Positions 44,102 through 64,000 of a stretch of DNA of 64,000 nucleotides are shown here, in pieces. The position numbers and the translations under genes were made by a program. The notes under the pieces were generated by a model, which was given only the letters and a program-made list of their open reading frames with translations, did not search any database and had not been told where the DNA came from. Each line of letters starts with the position of its first letter. The first letter of the stretch is position 1. Source of the DNA: the human T2T-CHM13v2.0 reference genome, Homo sapiens; assembly GCF_009914755.1 (NCBI RefSeq), contig NC_060925.1. One strand, given 5' to 3'.

Positions 44102-45612
44102 CTCATTTTTACAAATGTAATTGAGTACTTGTTTGTGTACACTAGTAGACGATGTGCTTCTTGAGAGTAAAGCCCAGGTGTTCTACATCCATGGTTCAAT
44201 TAATGCATTGGTATCTTTTCCAACCTATGGCATTTGAGATACAACTTCAAAAGGATCTGCTGACAGAAATAGGGCAAAGTGGTTCTGGTATTTTTTTTTT
44301 TTAAGTTTTTTTCTCACTAATGTTCTTATGATTTCGCTGTACTGCAATGTTAGCTGAAACAGCACAGATATCAGGAATGGCATTGTTAAGACTGACCTTA
44401 GACAAAAACCCTGAAGTGAGAGGTTACATTTTGGGTTCTCACCATACTCCTCCCCCGCTCTTGTCCTAATTGTCTAAAGCTTGCTTCCCTTCCTCATCGT
44501 ATCAGCCTCCCACCTGAATCTTCCCTTTTCCTCCTTCACACTCATCTTTCTTGTGCCCCTGTCCCCCATTTTTCCCTTTTGTAAGCCATTTTCATAAGGA
44601 TCCTTCCAAATATTTCCCCTATTGATTGGACAACCCGTAGGTGGCAGACTGTTCTGGGCCAAGGCAACCAAGTTGAGCAGGGCCAGCAATCAGTGTCGGG
44701 AACTTCTGCAGGGCACTTCAGAATCAGTGTTGGGAACTTCTGCTTTCTATTTTTCACGGACACAGACAGGAACACAGATATGCGAAAGCAAAACAATCAA
44801 AAAGCATTTTCATTTGTTTTTCAGGTAGTAGGAAAGAGTTCCAGATTCCCATCCTTCTGAAGCCAGGAGGGAGGTTCCTAAGAGGAGGTTAGGGCAAGAT
44901 GGAGACTTCTTTTTAAACTAGTAGATTTCGCAAATTGCAACACATACATTATCTAGTCCACGCAAAGGACAGGCCTTGGGGACACGGCACGGGGAACGTG
45001 TTCCACCTGGACGACTGAATCAGAAGTCTCTCCCCCATCAATTGAACGCCTCATTATTTTTCTTTCTGTCTTTTCTTTCTTTTTAAGGTAAATGAATTGC
45101 TTCTTTTTCGTTAGGTGAGGCCGGCAGAGAACAAGAAGAGCTGAAACGGAGGCGAGGTTAGTACCCAGCAAAGACCTGTGGCGAGGAGAGACAATGAAGA
45201 GGACCACGGGACTGGACCCTGAGAAAGGCAGAGGAGACGCTGGCTGGTGGGGCCCGCAGGCGGACAGCCACGCAGGCAGGCGGAAGGCTCGGCTCGGCCT
45301 GGGACCGCTGCAGACCCGGCCTCCGAGCGGGGCCGAGGCGCCTGGGTGGGACCGAGGAGGCGGGGCCTTCCCGGCGGACGGATGATGGACAGCCTGACTC
45401 TCCAATCGCGTCCTTAAAAGGGTGCGGGCAGGCCAATGAGCGGACAGCGAGGGCCGGAGTGGGGCTGAGGCTTCGGTGCAGAGCTGGAGAGCCGCGGCTG
45501 GGACCGGAGTGGGGAGCGCGGCGTGGAGGTGCCACCCGGCGCGGGTGGCGGAGAGATCAGAAGCCTCTTCCCCAAGCCGAGCCAACCTCAGCGGGGACCC
45601 GGGCTCAGGGAC

Positions 45613-45630
45613 GCGGCGGCGGCGGCGGCG
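45613..45630 (+). repeat. (GCG)6 in the MPZL1 5'UTR
   Basis: Read directly from the sequence. Confidence 0.9.
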
Positions 45631-45647
45631 ACTGCAGTGGCTGGACG

Positions 45648-45738
45648 ATGGCAGCGTCCGCCGGAGCCGGGGCGGTGATTGCAGCCCCAGACAGCCGGCG
45701 CTGGCTGTGGTCGGTGCTGGCGGCGGCGCTTGGGCTCT
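45648..45738 (+). CDS. MPZL1: MPZL1 (PZR) exon 1 coding part, signal peptide MAASAGAGAVIAAPDSRRWLWSVLAAALGL; intron 1 runs past the window end
   Basis: Strong Kozak context acgATGg, hydrophobic signal sequence matching the remembered MPZL1 N-terminus, T|gtaagt donor, 91 nt (phase 1, typical before an Ig-domain exon). Confidence 0.93.
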
Positions 45739-47379
45739 GTAAGTGATGCCAGGACCAGGGCTGGGGCCGGGGAGTGGGGCCCCCGGGCCCGACACACGCC
45801 CATCGCGGCGGTCGCAGGCCAGGCGCGCGCACTGAGAGCCGAGGTGGGGAGGGGGCGCGGCCTGCGCTCTCTGGGGCCGAGGGGACCCAGCCCATGGGGA
45901 ACGCGGGCCTCCGCGACTGGCCGGGAAGGCGCAGAGCCTCTTTCTTCTCTTTCCTGGATCCTGGAGTGCGGAGGAGGAGGGGAGAGTGCTTTACCTTGCT
46001 CCTTCCCGGGGGGCGGTCCAGGGGAGCGGACCCGGCGGGCGGCTGCGGTGAGCCCTCGCGGCGCACCCTGCCCTCTCCTCGTGGTGACTCTGGATCGTCT
46101 AGGCCCTCCCGGATTCTGACTCAGGAACTAGGGTTCTGGCGTTCTTCACCTTTGGGAGGTGGCGGAAAGTTGCAGGTTTTTCATTTGTAGGGCCTTTGTT
46201 GATTTGTTTCCTGTTAAGCCAGGGTTTTGTTGTAAGTTCCCTTTCCCATGCTCTCATTCAGTTTTAAGTCTCCGTAATAAAAGAGTCTCATTTCCGTGGT
46301 CTGCAAAACGCCAATAAAAAAATATTGTTACTTCTAGGTTAGAATGCAAAGAGCTTGGAATACCAGTGAGATGGCCTGGCTTAAAAGAATTTGGTCAAAT
46401 CCATCATAATTCCAGACGTAGCCACCATAATTTGACAAGACATAGAGCATTAAAAAGCATAATTTTCCTAAAGGAAAAAAAAAGCTCCTTTTTCTTACCA
46501 AATATTGTGACTCAAGCTTAAGGTAAACCTCGGGCTCAATTTATGGGAATTGGATGACTTGTTTTATGGACATCTGAAGTGGTATCTGCCACAGGACTTT
46601 TCTGTGTTGTTGTTCAAAGCAAAGTACTTGTTGCTGTCTCCGAATTTAGTTAAATAATAGTTATAAAGAGGGCCAGCTGCTAAGAAACCACGTAGATTTT
46701 TTTCATTCCCTTTGTTTTCAAAATGTCAGTTATGATTTAGCATCACAGTATCTGAATACCAGAGTTTACTCAGTAATTTCTTTCTTCATGGAAAAGTTCT
46801 TAATATAATCCTTGGATCAGGGAAACTAGGTGAAGTTCTGTTGGATCACCAACTGTTCCACTTAAACAGTGATTCCAGGGGCTGTAAAGCATAAATGTAA
46901 AAGTCTCCCTACCCTCCAGGGGTTGACAGATGATGACACACTTTGTGTAAGACACAATCCATTCTGTATTTTGTCTTAGAAAAAAAGGTTAAAAGTGTGT
47001 TTGTTGGTGGTGGTATTTGTGTTTAATCAAACAAGTAGAAAATAGCCTAAAATTAAGGTTTATCAGAAATATGCTTCAGACAGAATTGTTATGCATGAGA
47101 GGTCAGACATTGCTATGGAGGACAAAGCAGTTAGGGTGATCTTAATTAAAATCAGGGTATTAAACGTAGAAGGAGTGCAAAACTACATAGTAGTGAAAAG
47201 ATCACTAGAGTAATAGCCCCATACAACTTGGACGTAACTCTTCAGTAATGAAGATGAATGTTGATATGTAAAAATCAGCAGCTGATGTTATTGGTTCAAC
47301 TTAGAAAATTATTGAATCTAAAATTCTTGCCAAATCACCTCTTTTCTGGTCATGGATACTGCACATAAGAGTTTATCTT

Positions 47380-49985
<2,606 letters not shown>

Positions 49986-51349
49986 AGGCATAGGCATGTC
50001 TTGACAACAGTTTGTTAGGAGTTTGCAATATGTAGTTATGATTTAGCATGGTATAGTAGGTCCTCAATATGTGTTTATGCAAGAAGAATATTTTTCCAAA
50101 GTGTGATTTCATGCACTGCTTATTTCTCATTATCAGTTCCCTTGGCCTTTTACTTATTTACTAGTCAGGATAGTAAAATAGAAACTTAGTCTTATAAAAT
50201 ATGTATATTTTTTACTCCAACTCCAGGATATCCACTAGGCTTAGATGCTGCCAAAAGAAAAAGATAAATGTTAAGTGAAAGACAGCTATGTGCAAAAGAA
50301 CATAAAATGCAAGTTTGTGTTTTCATTAAGTCTAATTTATTTACTTATTCAACGTAAATGAACACCTACTGGGCACAAGGCACTGTTTATGTATGGGATG
50401 CAGCAGGGAGCCTAGATGCTAGTGAGAAGTGACAGACAGGAAACATCTACTCAAATAAATAATACCAAAGGACAGATTAAATTCCCAACAATCACAACTT
50501 TTAAGAAAATATGATTGATCTAATATGAAAATTTGCAGCAAATTTTTGAAAAATGGAACATCTTATTTGTATTATAAAATATTTTTAAAACTTATAAGGG
50601 ATATGTTATAGGGTTTCTTTAAAGATTGGTCTTTCCCACTGAGTTTTAAAAACATGATTTAATTGGGAAAAACATAGCTTTTCAGAAATATTGCTGTTTC
50701 CCCTCTATCCAGTAGATGCTGGTCTACCTACTAAATATTTCTCACCATCCACTTTGCATCCACACTGGAGCTAATATAGTACAGCCACAGTCATGTCTCT
50801 ACTGGATGATTAGAGCCTTCTAACTGGAGCCTGACTGTTTTTGAGTTATATCTTTTATCTGAGAATTTGAATTATTTGTGTAAGACATACATCTCATGTG
50901 TACCTCAACCTTGGAAAGATTTTTAATCTTGCTCTCTAAGACCACAGATGTCATTTTAAAAGGGAGAGTAAAATGGTAAGCTTTGGCATATAATTTATTA
51001 TAGATTAGTCTTTAGCCCCATCGAAGACGGTATAATTATTAGAAGAACTAGAAGCATCTCCTGAGGTCTCAAGTGTCATATGGCTCTGAGACTTGACCCC
51101 TAAGGCTGGTGATATTAAGCCTTCATGTATCTTGAATGATATTCCTTTTTTCCTTTTCCACTCTTACTTTGCTAAGTCGTTTGACATTAGCAGTGCCCTA
51201 GAGTCCAGACAAAAGTCTTTGGAATTTTTGCTGCCGTAAGAAAGCAGAGGTCAGTTGGCTCCGTTCACCATAGTGCATAAATTGAGAAATTGTGGTTGTC
51301 TCCTGGGATCTTTATATCTTTGCCTTTAAACCCCTTTGTTTATTCATTA

Positions 51350-52037
<688 letters not shown>

Positions 52038-52478
52038 TAATTTTTTATTCACTTAACAATTTTTTCTTGATCCCATTAGGCCTTTATCCAAGATGATTTC
52101 ATTGATAAATCCTCCTTCAGTAGGTTTCTTCTTCTAAACTCAGAGTCTCTAGAAACTGTGATACCTTATGATACCTCTGATCTTATTGTTAGAACATAGA
52201 GCTTGAGTAATTTTGTAGCAACAGTGATACACTGAATCCAGTACTTAGGTTTAATTGATTGGAGTTAGAAATGCAGTATGTCTTTGCCTATCCTGTGTAT
52301 TGCAGATAAGATTGCCCCATAGAATGAAATCTATGACTTAAGTTTTGTTAGGAGCATGCTGCAACCAACTGAACAGACCTTGATGAACTTGCAATGAACA
52401 TTTTTTCATACTGGGACCCTGATATTCTACTTTAGGATCTGGGGAGTTTATTACGTGCATTTTAAAAGATGCTGTTAT

Positions 52479-52850
<372 letters not shown>

Positions 52851-53751
52851 TTATATACATTTAACATAATCATGTGCTTCTTCCAGATAACACTTGGTAA
52901 ACTTGAAAAGATGAAAAGTTATAAGGTGTTATATTGTCAGCTTAGCTTCAATGAGAACCTAGTGACCCTGTGGCCAGACAGTGTCTAATAGTTATTCTCT
53001 AGTCAAGTCCAGGTTATCATTGCTATATACTTTCTTCCAAAGGGTGTTGCTGAGAATTAGGAAGCATAGATAGAGGACTCAGGTTCCTAAGAGAAATGTG
53101 GTAAAATGCAAATATTTGAAATCTCCTAGATGTCTGAAAAGAGAAGAGAAAGAGAGTGAGTGAGCAGTTAGGGAGATGTTTTAACTTCTCCCTCTCCCTT
53201 TTCTGTTTCTTAGCCCTTAGAAGTTAGGGCATAGAACTAGGTTCATGTTATATCTTCTGCTCTGCTCTCATTTATTGAGTGCTTACTATGTGCCACGCCT
53301 TTGCTAAACGATTTACTTATATACTCCTCACAGCTCTGTGCAATAATTATTTTTATTAATTTTATAGATAAGAAGAGTAAGTTTCAGAGAGATTGTGTAA
53401 CTTAAGGGTCTTAAGATCACACAGCTAATACATGGTAGAGTTGAGACTCAATTTCCAAAGCACATGTTTGCAACCACCCTGCTGTATTATAGAATTTTTT
53501 CTTCAAAGTCTCTAAACATTTTGGGGAAGATTCTGGAATGTCTTAAGTGTTTACAGAGTGGCTTTTTAGCTGTCCTGGGGCATCCAGATTTCTTCTTTGG
53601 GGTGATGTTTGTGCCAAGATCCCTCATGCCTTGATGCTGCTGACTCTGTTAAAGAGGAATAAAGCTGCCGTGTTGAAGCCATCCTCACCAATCATGCAGA
53701 ATCTGTTTGTGCCACCCAATACTCTAAATGCTCCTCAGGGATTTTTAATGA

Positions 53752-54073
<322 letters not shown>

Positions 54074-54648
54074 GATGTGGTTCTTGTAGGTTCTTCTCAC
54101 TCATACCTCTCCCGCTATCAAGAGCACAAGCATGAATCCATTATACTGAGTGATACCATACTGGGCTCAGAATGGTTCCTTGCCCCTCATTACACATTAC
54201 ATGTGGAAGAAGCCACTAAGCCTTGACTTTCTTCCTTTGAGATGAGTTCTTCTCTGGAGGCTGTGCAGGTCCTTTTGCCATTAGACTCCTGGCATGCTTG
54301 CCTTACAGAATGTCCAAACAGGCCCAGGCATCCAAACCAAAGTCTCCTCCCTTGTACCTCTTCTTGGCTCCTCTGCCCCATTGACAGAGGTTCTGTAGCC
54401 ATGTTGTCTGCCACAAGTTGGAGGTCTAGCACTTGTCTGTTAACTCTTGGGAACTTTGAGTCTTGATCATTTTCAGCTATTAGGAATTTAATTCTTTTTT
54501 TTTCTTCAGTGACTGCAAATTTAGAAGAACTGCAGTGAGGCTTGCTGAACCTTGCACACTAATGAAATTGGTGAATGGATTAATAATGAACAGAGGTGAT
54601 GCTAATTTGTAATCAGGTTGAATAATATGGATTTAAGACCAGAAAATG

Positions 54649-55259
<611 letters not shown>

Positions 55260-55769
55260 GGGGGATCAGAAAATGCTAAGGAGGCAGGAGGATCACTTGA
55301 GGCCAGGAGTTCAAGACTGGCTGGGGCAAAATAGCAAGACCCCATCTCTACAAAGTAAAAATAAACCAAAAAACAAGTTATAGGTCCACAGTTTTTTTAT
55401 CTGTAACTGCAAAGCCACAAATACTTTGAAAATTAAGTTTTTTCCTAAGTTTGATACAAATTCTTTGGCTGCAAAATTCAACCTGAAGTAGTAAGATACT
55501 GTTTACAACTGTGATCCTATTTGGTATGACTAATTGTATTTTTCACCGCAGAGATATTAATGTGTTTGATTGTGGGATGCTGCCCTGTACTCTCTAGGGA
55601 CTACTACATAATATATAGTATAGGTATTGTATTAATTTTTTAAAATCTGAAAAATTCTATATTCTGAAATACACCTGGCCTTAAGACTTTTCGATTAGCT
55701 TGTTGGCTTGTACAATATCTTATCTCAGAAATTTCCTTCTACTCTTGTAAGTACTAAGAACTACAAAAT

Positions 55770-56370
55770 ATTGCCTGGGCAACATGGCAAAACTGCATCT
55801 TTGGGAAGATTGCTTAGGAGTGGAGGCTGAAGTAAGCCATGTTTATGCCACTGCACTCCAGCCTGGACAACAGAGGGAGACCCTGTCCCAAAAACAAAAA
55901 CAAACAAAAAAAATACAAAATACAGTTTAGTTATTTATTTTTTCATTTTTAGAAATGTGGTCTCACTATGATGATCAGGCTGGAGTGCAGTGGCTGGCAA
56001 TTCACAAGTATGGTCAAAGTTCCCTGTAGCCTCAAACTTTTGGGCTCAGGTGATCCTCCTGTCTCAGTCTCCAAGTACCTGGGACTACAGGTGTGTGCCA
56101 CCAAACCCCAGCTCTTTTTAGTTCTTTTTTTGAGATGAGTCTAGCTCTGTTGCCCAGGTTAGAGTGCAATGGTGCGACCTCAGCTCATCACAACCTCTGC
56201 TTCCTGGGTTCAAGCAATTCTCTTGCCACAGCCTCCTGAGTAGCTGGGATTACAGGCATGCACTGCCATACCTGGCTAATTTTTGTAGAGATGGGGTTTC
56301 GCCATGTTGACCAGGCTGGTCTCGAGCTCCTGACCTCAGGTGACCCGCCTGCCTTGGCCTCCCAAAGTCA
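55770..56370. mobile_element. Cluster of Alu fragments plus one AluS
   Basis: Alu motifs. Confidence 0.8.
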
Positions 56371-56509
56371 TTTTAGTTCTTTAAATGTTTTGGTCCACAA
56401 AGCTAGTGTGCTTTCCACTTAAGAGCTTTCATTGAAACTCCTTTAGAAATTTATGCTACTTTGGACTCAGCCTGTCTTTTATTCAAGGAATTCTAAATCT
56501 GTGAACTGG

Positions 56510-58945
<2,436 letters not shown>

Positions 58946-59350
58946 CCAAAATTAGGGTTCTCCAGAGAAACAGAACCAGCAAGATGTGCATGTGTGTGTG
59001 TGTGCACTCTCTTTTTCTTTATATAAATATAGATAGATAACCTATCTATATCTTGCTGGCATAGATAGATAGATAGGAATTCGCTCATATGATTGTGGAG
59101 GCTTGGTAAGTCCAAAATCTGCAGGGTAGGCTGGCAGGCTGGAGACCTAGGGAAAAGTTGCAATTCAAGTCCAAAGGCGGTCTGCTGGCAGAATTCCTTC
59201 TTTTTCAGGGATGGTCAGTCTTTGTTATTGTTAAGACCTTTAACTGATTGGATAAGGCACACCTACATTATAATGGAGGGTAATCTGCTTTACTCAGAGT
59301 CCCCCAATTGTAATATTAATCTTATCAGAAAACAGCTTCACAGAAATAAC
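58946..59350 (-). mobile_element. MLT2-type ERV-L 5' LTR
   Basis: ttagggttctccagagaaacagaacca...ggctggcaggctggagacc...actgattggataagg...ggagggtaatctgctttactc. Confidence 0.8.
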
Positions 59351-59449
59351 TAATGAATTTTAAAAGATAAGCCATAGTGGAGATCTCAAATTGTGGTTTC
59401 CCATGATTGTAAACAATTCTATTCTTTGTTGTCTCTATTTTAGCACTTT

Positions 59450-60750
59450 CTCTTTACATCTCAACTTGGTGCTATCTGACTTCCTCCTCCTCTCACTATT
59501 TGACACTTTGATAAAGGCCATCTGATATTACCAAATCAACTAACCTGTTTCAGCCTTTTCTTTCCAGACCTTTTTGCTTTCCTTAACATGGTTGACCACT
59601 TTGATCTCATTTCCTTTGCCTTTGTGACATTACTCCTGGTTCTCATCTCTCTTCCCTGTCTTCTTCAAGTCTTCATCCTCTGCCTGTGGCCCCAATGTTG
59701 ATTTTCCTTAGGCAGGTTCTGCTCTCAGCCCTTTGCTAGTCTCACTGCATGCTTGTCTTTGGTAATTTCGTCCATTTTTGTCTGTTTGTTGACAGTGAAT
59801 ATGTGGCAGCTATAGGCATTCAATACGTATTTGTTGAATAAATGGTGACTCCCAAATATATCCCCAGTGCTCTGAACTGCAGAATCTTACCAACTGACCA
59901 TTACATACAACTGGACATACCCATTTGAATGTCCAGAGGCACCTCAAACTCTGTATGCTCAGAACTCAACTCTATATATCTCTCCTCCTCAAACTGTGCT
60001 TCCTCCGGCATGCCACTCGCTATTGTTATTGCTTGCTGCTGTCCTATTTGTCTTTCCCTCAAGTCAGCCAAGCCAAAAATTTGGTCTTCATCCTAGAATC
60101 CTTCCCTTTCCTCACCTCACCTCCCTGGATTTAATCAGATCTCTGCCAGTGTTTACCTTTTATTTCTGAACCCACTCCCTCCTTTCCATTGTCCCAGGAC
60201 AAATGCCAGTCATTTTAAGTTCATGTTACTGCAAGAGGCTTGAGACTCCTAGATCGTCTCTCTAATGGTAGTCATCTTCCCTTCAGGTCTGCCCTCCCAA
60301 CTGTTGCCAGAGGGATCTCTCTCTTGGGCAAATTTAATTGTACCACTCTTCTGTTAAGATCCTCCATCTCTCCCCATTATCTCTGGGATGTACTTAGGTC
60401 TGCCATCCCCTTCCTTGTACTTTATTGATTTTTTGCAACATTTCTGCATAATACTGCTGTTTTATGTCTCCTTGAATTCGTGTATGATATTTTCACTCTT
60501 CTGATTACCCTTGTCCCTTATTTACCTGGCTAACTCCTATTTAGCTTTCTCATCTCAGATGTAATCTCAAGGCCAAGCACTTTGCCTCTAAGCTTCCTCT
60601 ATCTCTTTATCTAAAATTATGTTTTTATATGATTGTCTCCCCAAATACAGGAACTGTGTGTCTTATATACTTTGGGTCTCCAATGCTTAACATAATGCCT
60701 GGAACATAGTAAATGTTTAGTATATATTAGATGAACTGTTGAACTGTACT
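59450..60750 (+). mobile_element. L2 fragments
   Basis: L2 motifs such as aggcacctcaaactc and atgcctggaacatagtaaatg. Confidence 0.55.
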
Positions 60751-61404
60751 CAAGTGGAAATTACAAACATCAGAGCAGAGAGGGTGAAAATAAGGAAGCA
60801 GAACCTCCCAGAACTTAAGATCTTAAGAGCAGGGTAGTAATCAGTCCTCAACTTTGTACTGTAGACACTGGATTTGATAGTGATGTGGCTCAGGGCCAGG
60901 ATGAGGCTGGGGAGGGAACTGGGCCAAGATCAGGAAGGGGTTGAGGGGTGGTGTTCAATAAGATCGTAACGTCAGTTTAACTTACAGTGAACTTTATAAA
61001 CGCTGGGGGGCTAGTATATTTTAGCAGATCGGGTTGTTAGTACATTCTCTCCCTGTGCTGAGATAGATTGTTCTCACAAGATTGCCCAGGGAATATGGGA
61101 TAAGCCCAGTAGATGTTTATTGAATGACCTCAATGGCTCTGGCCATCAAGCTATCATAGCCTAAAACACCCCTTTCTTCACAGTAGGAATATAACTGACA
61201 GGTGCATTGGATTAGTTACATTACCTCTTCACTGGGCAGTGATGCAGTGTGCTGACAATGACACTTTAGATATGAGGATATGGCCTAGAAACATTGATTG
61301 GCCTTTTTCTGGATCTTAAAGAGATTTCCTGGATGGAGAGCCTGTCATTTAGAGTAGATTATCTCTACAGAGAACCAATATCATCCATTGAGTACTGAGA
61401 TTTC

Positions 61405-61719
61405 TTGTGTTTTTTTGTTTGTTTGTTTGTTTGTTTGTTTTGAGACAGAGTCTTGCTCTCGCTCAGGCTGGAGTGCAGTGGCGCAATCTCGGCTCGCTGC
61501 AAGCTCCGCCTCCTGGGTTCACGCCATTCTCCTGCCTCAGCCTCTTGAGTTGCTGGGACTACAGGCGCCTGCCACTGTGCCCGGCTAATTTTTTGTATTT
61601 TTTTAGAGACGAGGTTCCACCGTGTTAGCTAGGATGGTCTCAATCTCCTGACCTCGTGATCCGCCCGCCTCGGCCTCCCAAAGTGCTAGGATTATAGGAG
61701 TGAGCCACCGCGCCTGGCC
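61405..61719 (-). mobile_element. AluY with TSD AGATTTCTTGT
   Basis: AluY diagnostics. Confidence 0.92.
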
Positions 61720-61994
61720 AAGATTTCTTGTTTTAAAATTCATTACCTTTTTTTGATTTAACTAAATAATCAGGTCTCTACCAGATTTCAAGATATTTAG
61801 TACGCTAATGTTGAATTGAAAGAACCTTGGACTTGAGTCAGTGCACAAAAATGAACATGAAGACCACAAATACTCATGTCTGCTAACAACATAGTGATAC
61901 AAATAAGATGTCCGTGTAACTACTAACCCCATTATTTACTGATCTCCATTGCTGTACTTTGTATTTTTCCTACTATTTATAGCTGGAAATATAT

Positions 61995-62431
61995 TGATAT
62001 GGTTTGGCTCTGTGTCCCCACCCAAATATCATTTTGAATTGTAATCCCCAGTGTTGGAGGTGGGAACTGGTGGGAGGTGATTGGATCTTGGGGGTGGGGA
62101 TTTCTCATGAATGATTTAGCACCATACTCTTGGTGCTGTTCTCTTGACAGTGAGTGAGTGAGTGAGTTATTGCGAGATCTGGTTGTTTAAAAGTATGTAG
62201 CACATCCTCCTCTCTCTCTTGCTCCTGCTCTTGCCATGTAAGACATGCCTGCTCCCCATTCACCTTCTGCCATGATTGTAAGTTTCCTGAGGCCTCCCCA
62301 GAAGCCGAGCAAATGCCAGCATCATGCTTCCTGTGTAGCCTGCAGAACCACGAGCCAATTAAACCTCTTTTCTTAATAAATTACCCAGTCTCAGGTATTT
62401 CTTTATAGTAATGTGAGAATGGACCAATACA
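61995..62431 (+). mobile_element. MSTA/THE1-type MaLR solo LTR, TSD TATAT
   Basis: TGATATGGTTTGGCTCTGTGTCCCCACCCAAA...GAGAATGGACCAATACA with a 5-bp TSD. Confidence 0.88.
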
Positions 62432-62435
62432 TATA

Positions 62436-62766
62436 TTTTGGTTTTTCGGAGTTTTTTTGAGAGAGGGTCTCACTGTCACCCGGGCTGGAGTACAGTGGCT
62501 CAATCTTGGCTCACTGCAACCTCCACCTCCAGGTTCAAGCGATTCTCCCACCTCAGTCTCGCGAGTAGCTGGGACCACAGGTGCACACCACCATGCCCAG
62601 CTAAGCTTTGTATTTTTTGGTAGAGACAGGGTTTCACCATGTTAGTCAACCTGGTCTTGAGCTCCTGACCTCAGGTTATCTGCCTGCCTTAGCCTACCAA
62701 AGTGCTGGGATTATAGGTGTGAACCACTGCACCCAGCCAAAGGGACTAATACATACACATACATAT

Positions 62767-62813
<47 letters not shown>

Positions 62814-62818
62814 TATAT
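62436..62818 (-). mobile_element. AluS (to about 62738) followed by a (TA/CATA)n microsatellite
   Basis: Read directly from the sequence. Confidence 0.88.
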
Positions 62819-64000
62819 TTATGTTTATTCTTTCTTGGCGTTCCTGCTGCAGTATGAATCTCTGCCAAGGCCCAGAAAAGTGACTGGGACATAGAATGAA
62901 TTCAGGTGTTTGTTGAATGAATTTATTGGTGGTGTGCAGAGTGTTACCATGCTTTGTTGGTTTGTTAATTGAAAGTTTTTAAGTAGAAGAGCTTTTGAAT
63001 TTTGAAAGAATAATTAAAGCTTTCAAAAATTCTAAGATGTAATTTACCTTATACAGATGTAGAAATTGAGCTCTCAAGTTCTCTGTATGTGCTGCCTTCC
63101 CATAAACATTAAACATTGCCATGACACCCAGAGAAGCCCCAGGGAGCCTGGTAAGCAGCCATATACCTGGGGAATATAGCTAGAGAACTTTTGTTTTCTG
63201 CCTCACTCTCAAAAGTGTCTGGATTTGCCCCCTCATTTGTCATATCCCTGTTAACTACAGTCACTACTCTAAACATCTACTTTGGCTCTCTTTCCTTACC
63301 CCTCTTATCTGCTCAGAACCTCCTTACCAGAAAATGTAGCAACTCCACAATCTTTTCCCACCCTTCAAGCACCATATCCTTTTATAGTTTCACTACGACA
63401 GTTTCTGGAGCTCATCAAGTCTTCCCATCCCTCCCTGCTTTTGTTTTGTATTCGTTACTTCCTGGCTGCTTCCCTCTCCCGCTCCAACTTGGAGTCCATA
63501 GTTCATTGTTATAATCATTCCTTTGTAAAGGCTCCTACTTCCCCAGCCCTTCTGTGCCATCATTGCACTTACCTGGCAATCCCTCAACCCTGGGAAAACC
63601 CTACCATCTCTTTTTACATCCTTAAGCATTTGTTGCTTTAATTATTGCCCTCTTTAGATCATTCTTACTACAATACAAACATGAGCTAGAATTTCTAATC
63701 TTAAAAACCTTCTCTTGGTTCTATAGTCCTCTTTAGCTACATTTCTGGGCCGTAACTCTTAGCAAATTTTTACAAAAATGGACTATACTCCTTTCTTTGT
63801 ATGTACACCCTCCCTTCCCACTTTCTTCTGTCCAGCCATCCCACAGCTGCCTCTGCCACTCCATTGAAACTTCTCCTATCAGGATCACCAGAGGACTCCA
63901 GGTTGACAAACCATATTAGTTCTTCCCTATAGCCACCTTATATGACTTCTCAGTCCCTCCTCTCTTCTCTTGGCTTTACTTACACCACATTCTCTGGTTT

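Larger units (their letters stand above)
45170..46170 (+). promoter_or_regulatory. MPZL1: MPZL1 CpG-island promoter with two CCAAT boxes (45402-45406, 45433-45437)
   Basis: High CpG density around the first coding exon; the CCAAT boxes are 31 bp apart. Confidence 0.85.

Noticed and set aside
44953-46190. Long overlapping ORFs (280, 153, 146 and 138 aa) on both strands of the MPZL1 CpG island
   Set aside because: Stop codons are rare in GC-rich sequence; the products are Pro/Arg/Ala/Gly-rich with no recognisable domain, and many start at non-ATG codons.

Overview
Primate (human-like) genomic DNA, recognised as the RCSD1-MPZL1 locus (1q24.2 from recall). The + strand carries coding exons 2-7 of RCSD1 (CapZIP); exon 1, encoding M-E, lies upstream of the window. 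All of these exons have AG/GT boundaries and phase-0 introns, and they are followed by the RCSD1 3'UTR. Next come two convergent tRNA-Pro genes (CGG on +, AGG on -) beside a CpG island, then the CpG-island promoter, exon 1 (signal peptide) and about 18 kb of intron 1 of MPZL1 (PZR). The rest is mostly interspersed repeats: more than 30 Alus, MIR/L2, MER20, solo LTRs (MER4-like, MLT1, MER41-like, LTR2B-like, MSTA) and a decayed ERV-L LTR-gag fragment. Nearly all other ORFs in the track are Alu-derived or chance ORFs. I did not find a convincing new multi-gene system. The best leads are small-scale: an orphan Pol II-type CpG island next to a near-identical inverted tRNA pair with a CTCF-like site; a nested-palindrome NF-kB/NFAT element in RCSD1 intron 3; a solo Hsmar1/MADE1 TIR inside an Alu; an LTR2B-like LTR inserted in an Alu just upstream of MPZL1; an abutting inverted Alu pair; and an open in-frame 5' extension of MPZL1. 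Repeat family names are assigned by eye from remembered consensus sequences and need RepeatMasker/Dfam confirmation; repeat boundaries are approximate unless TSDs are given.
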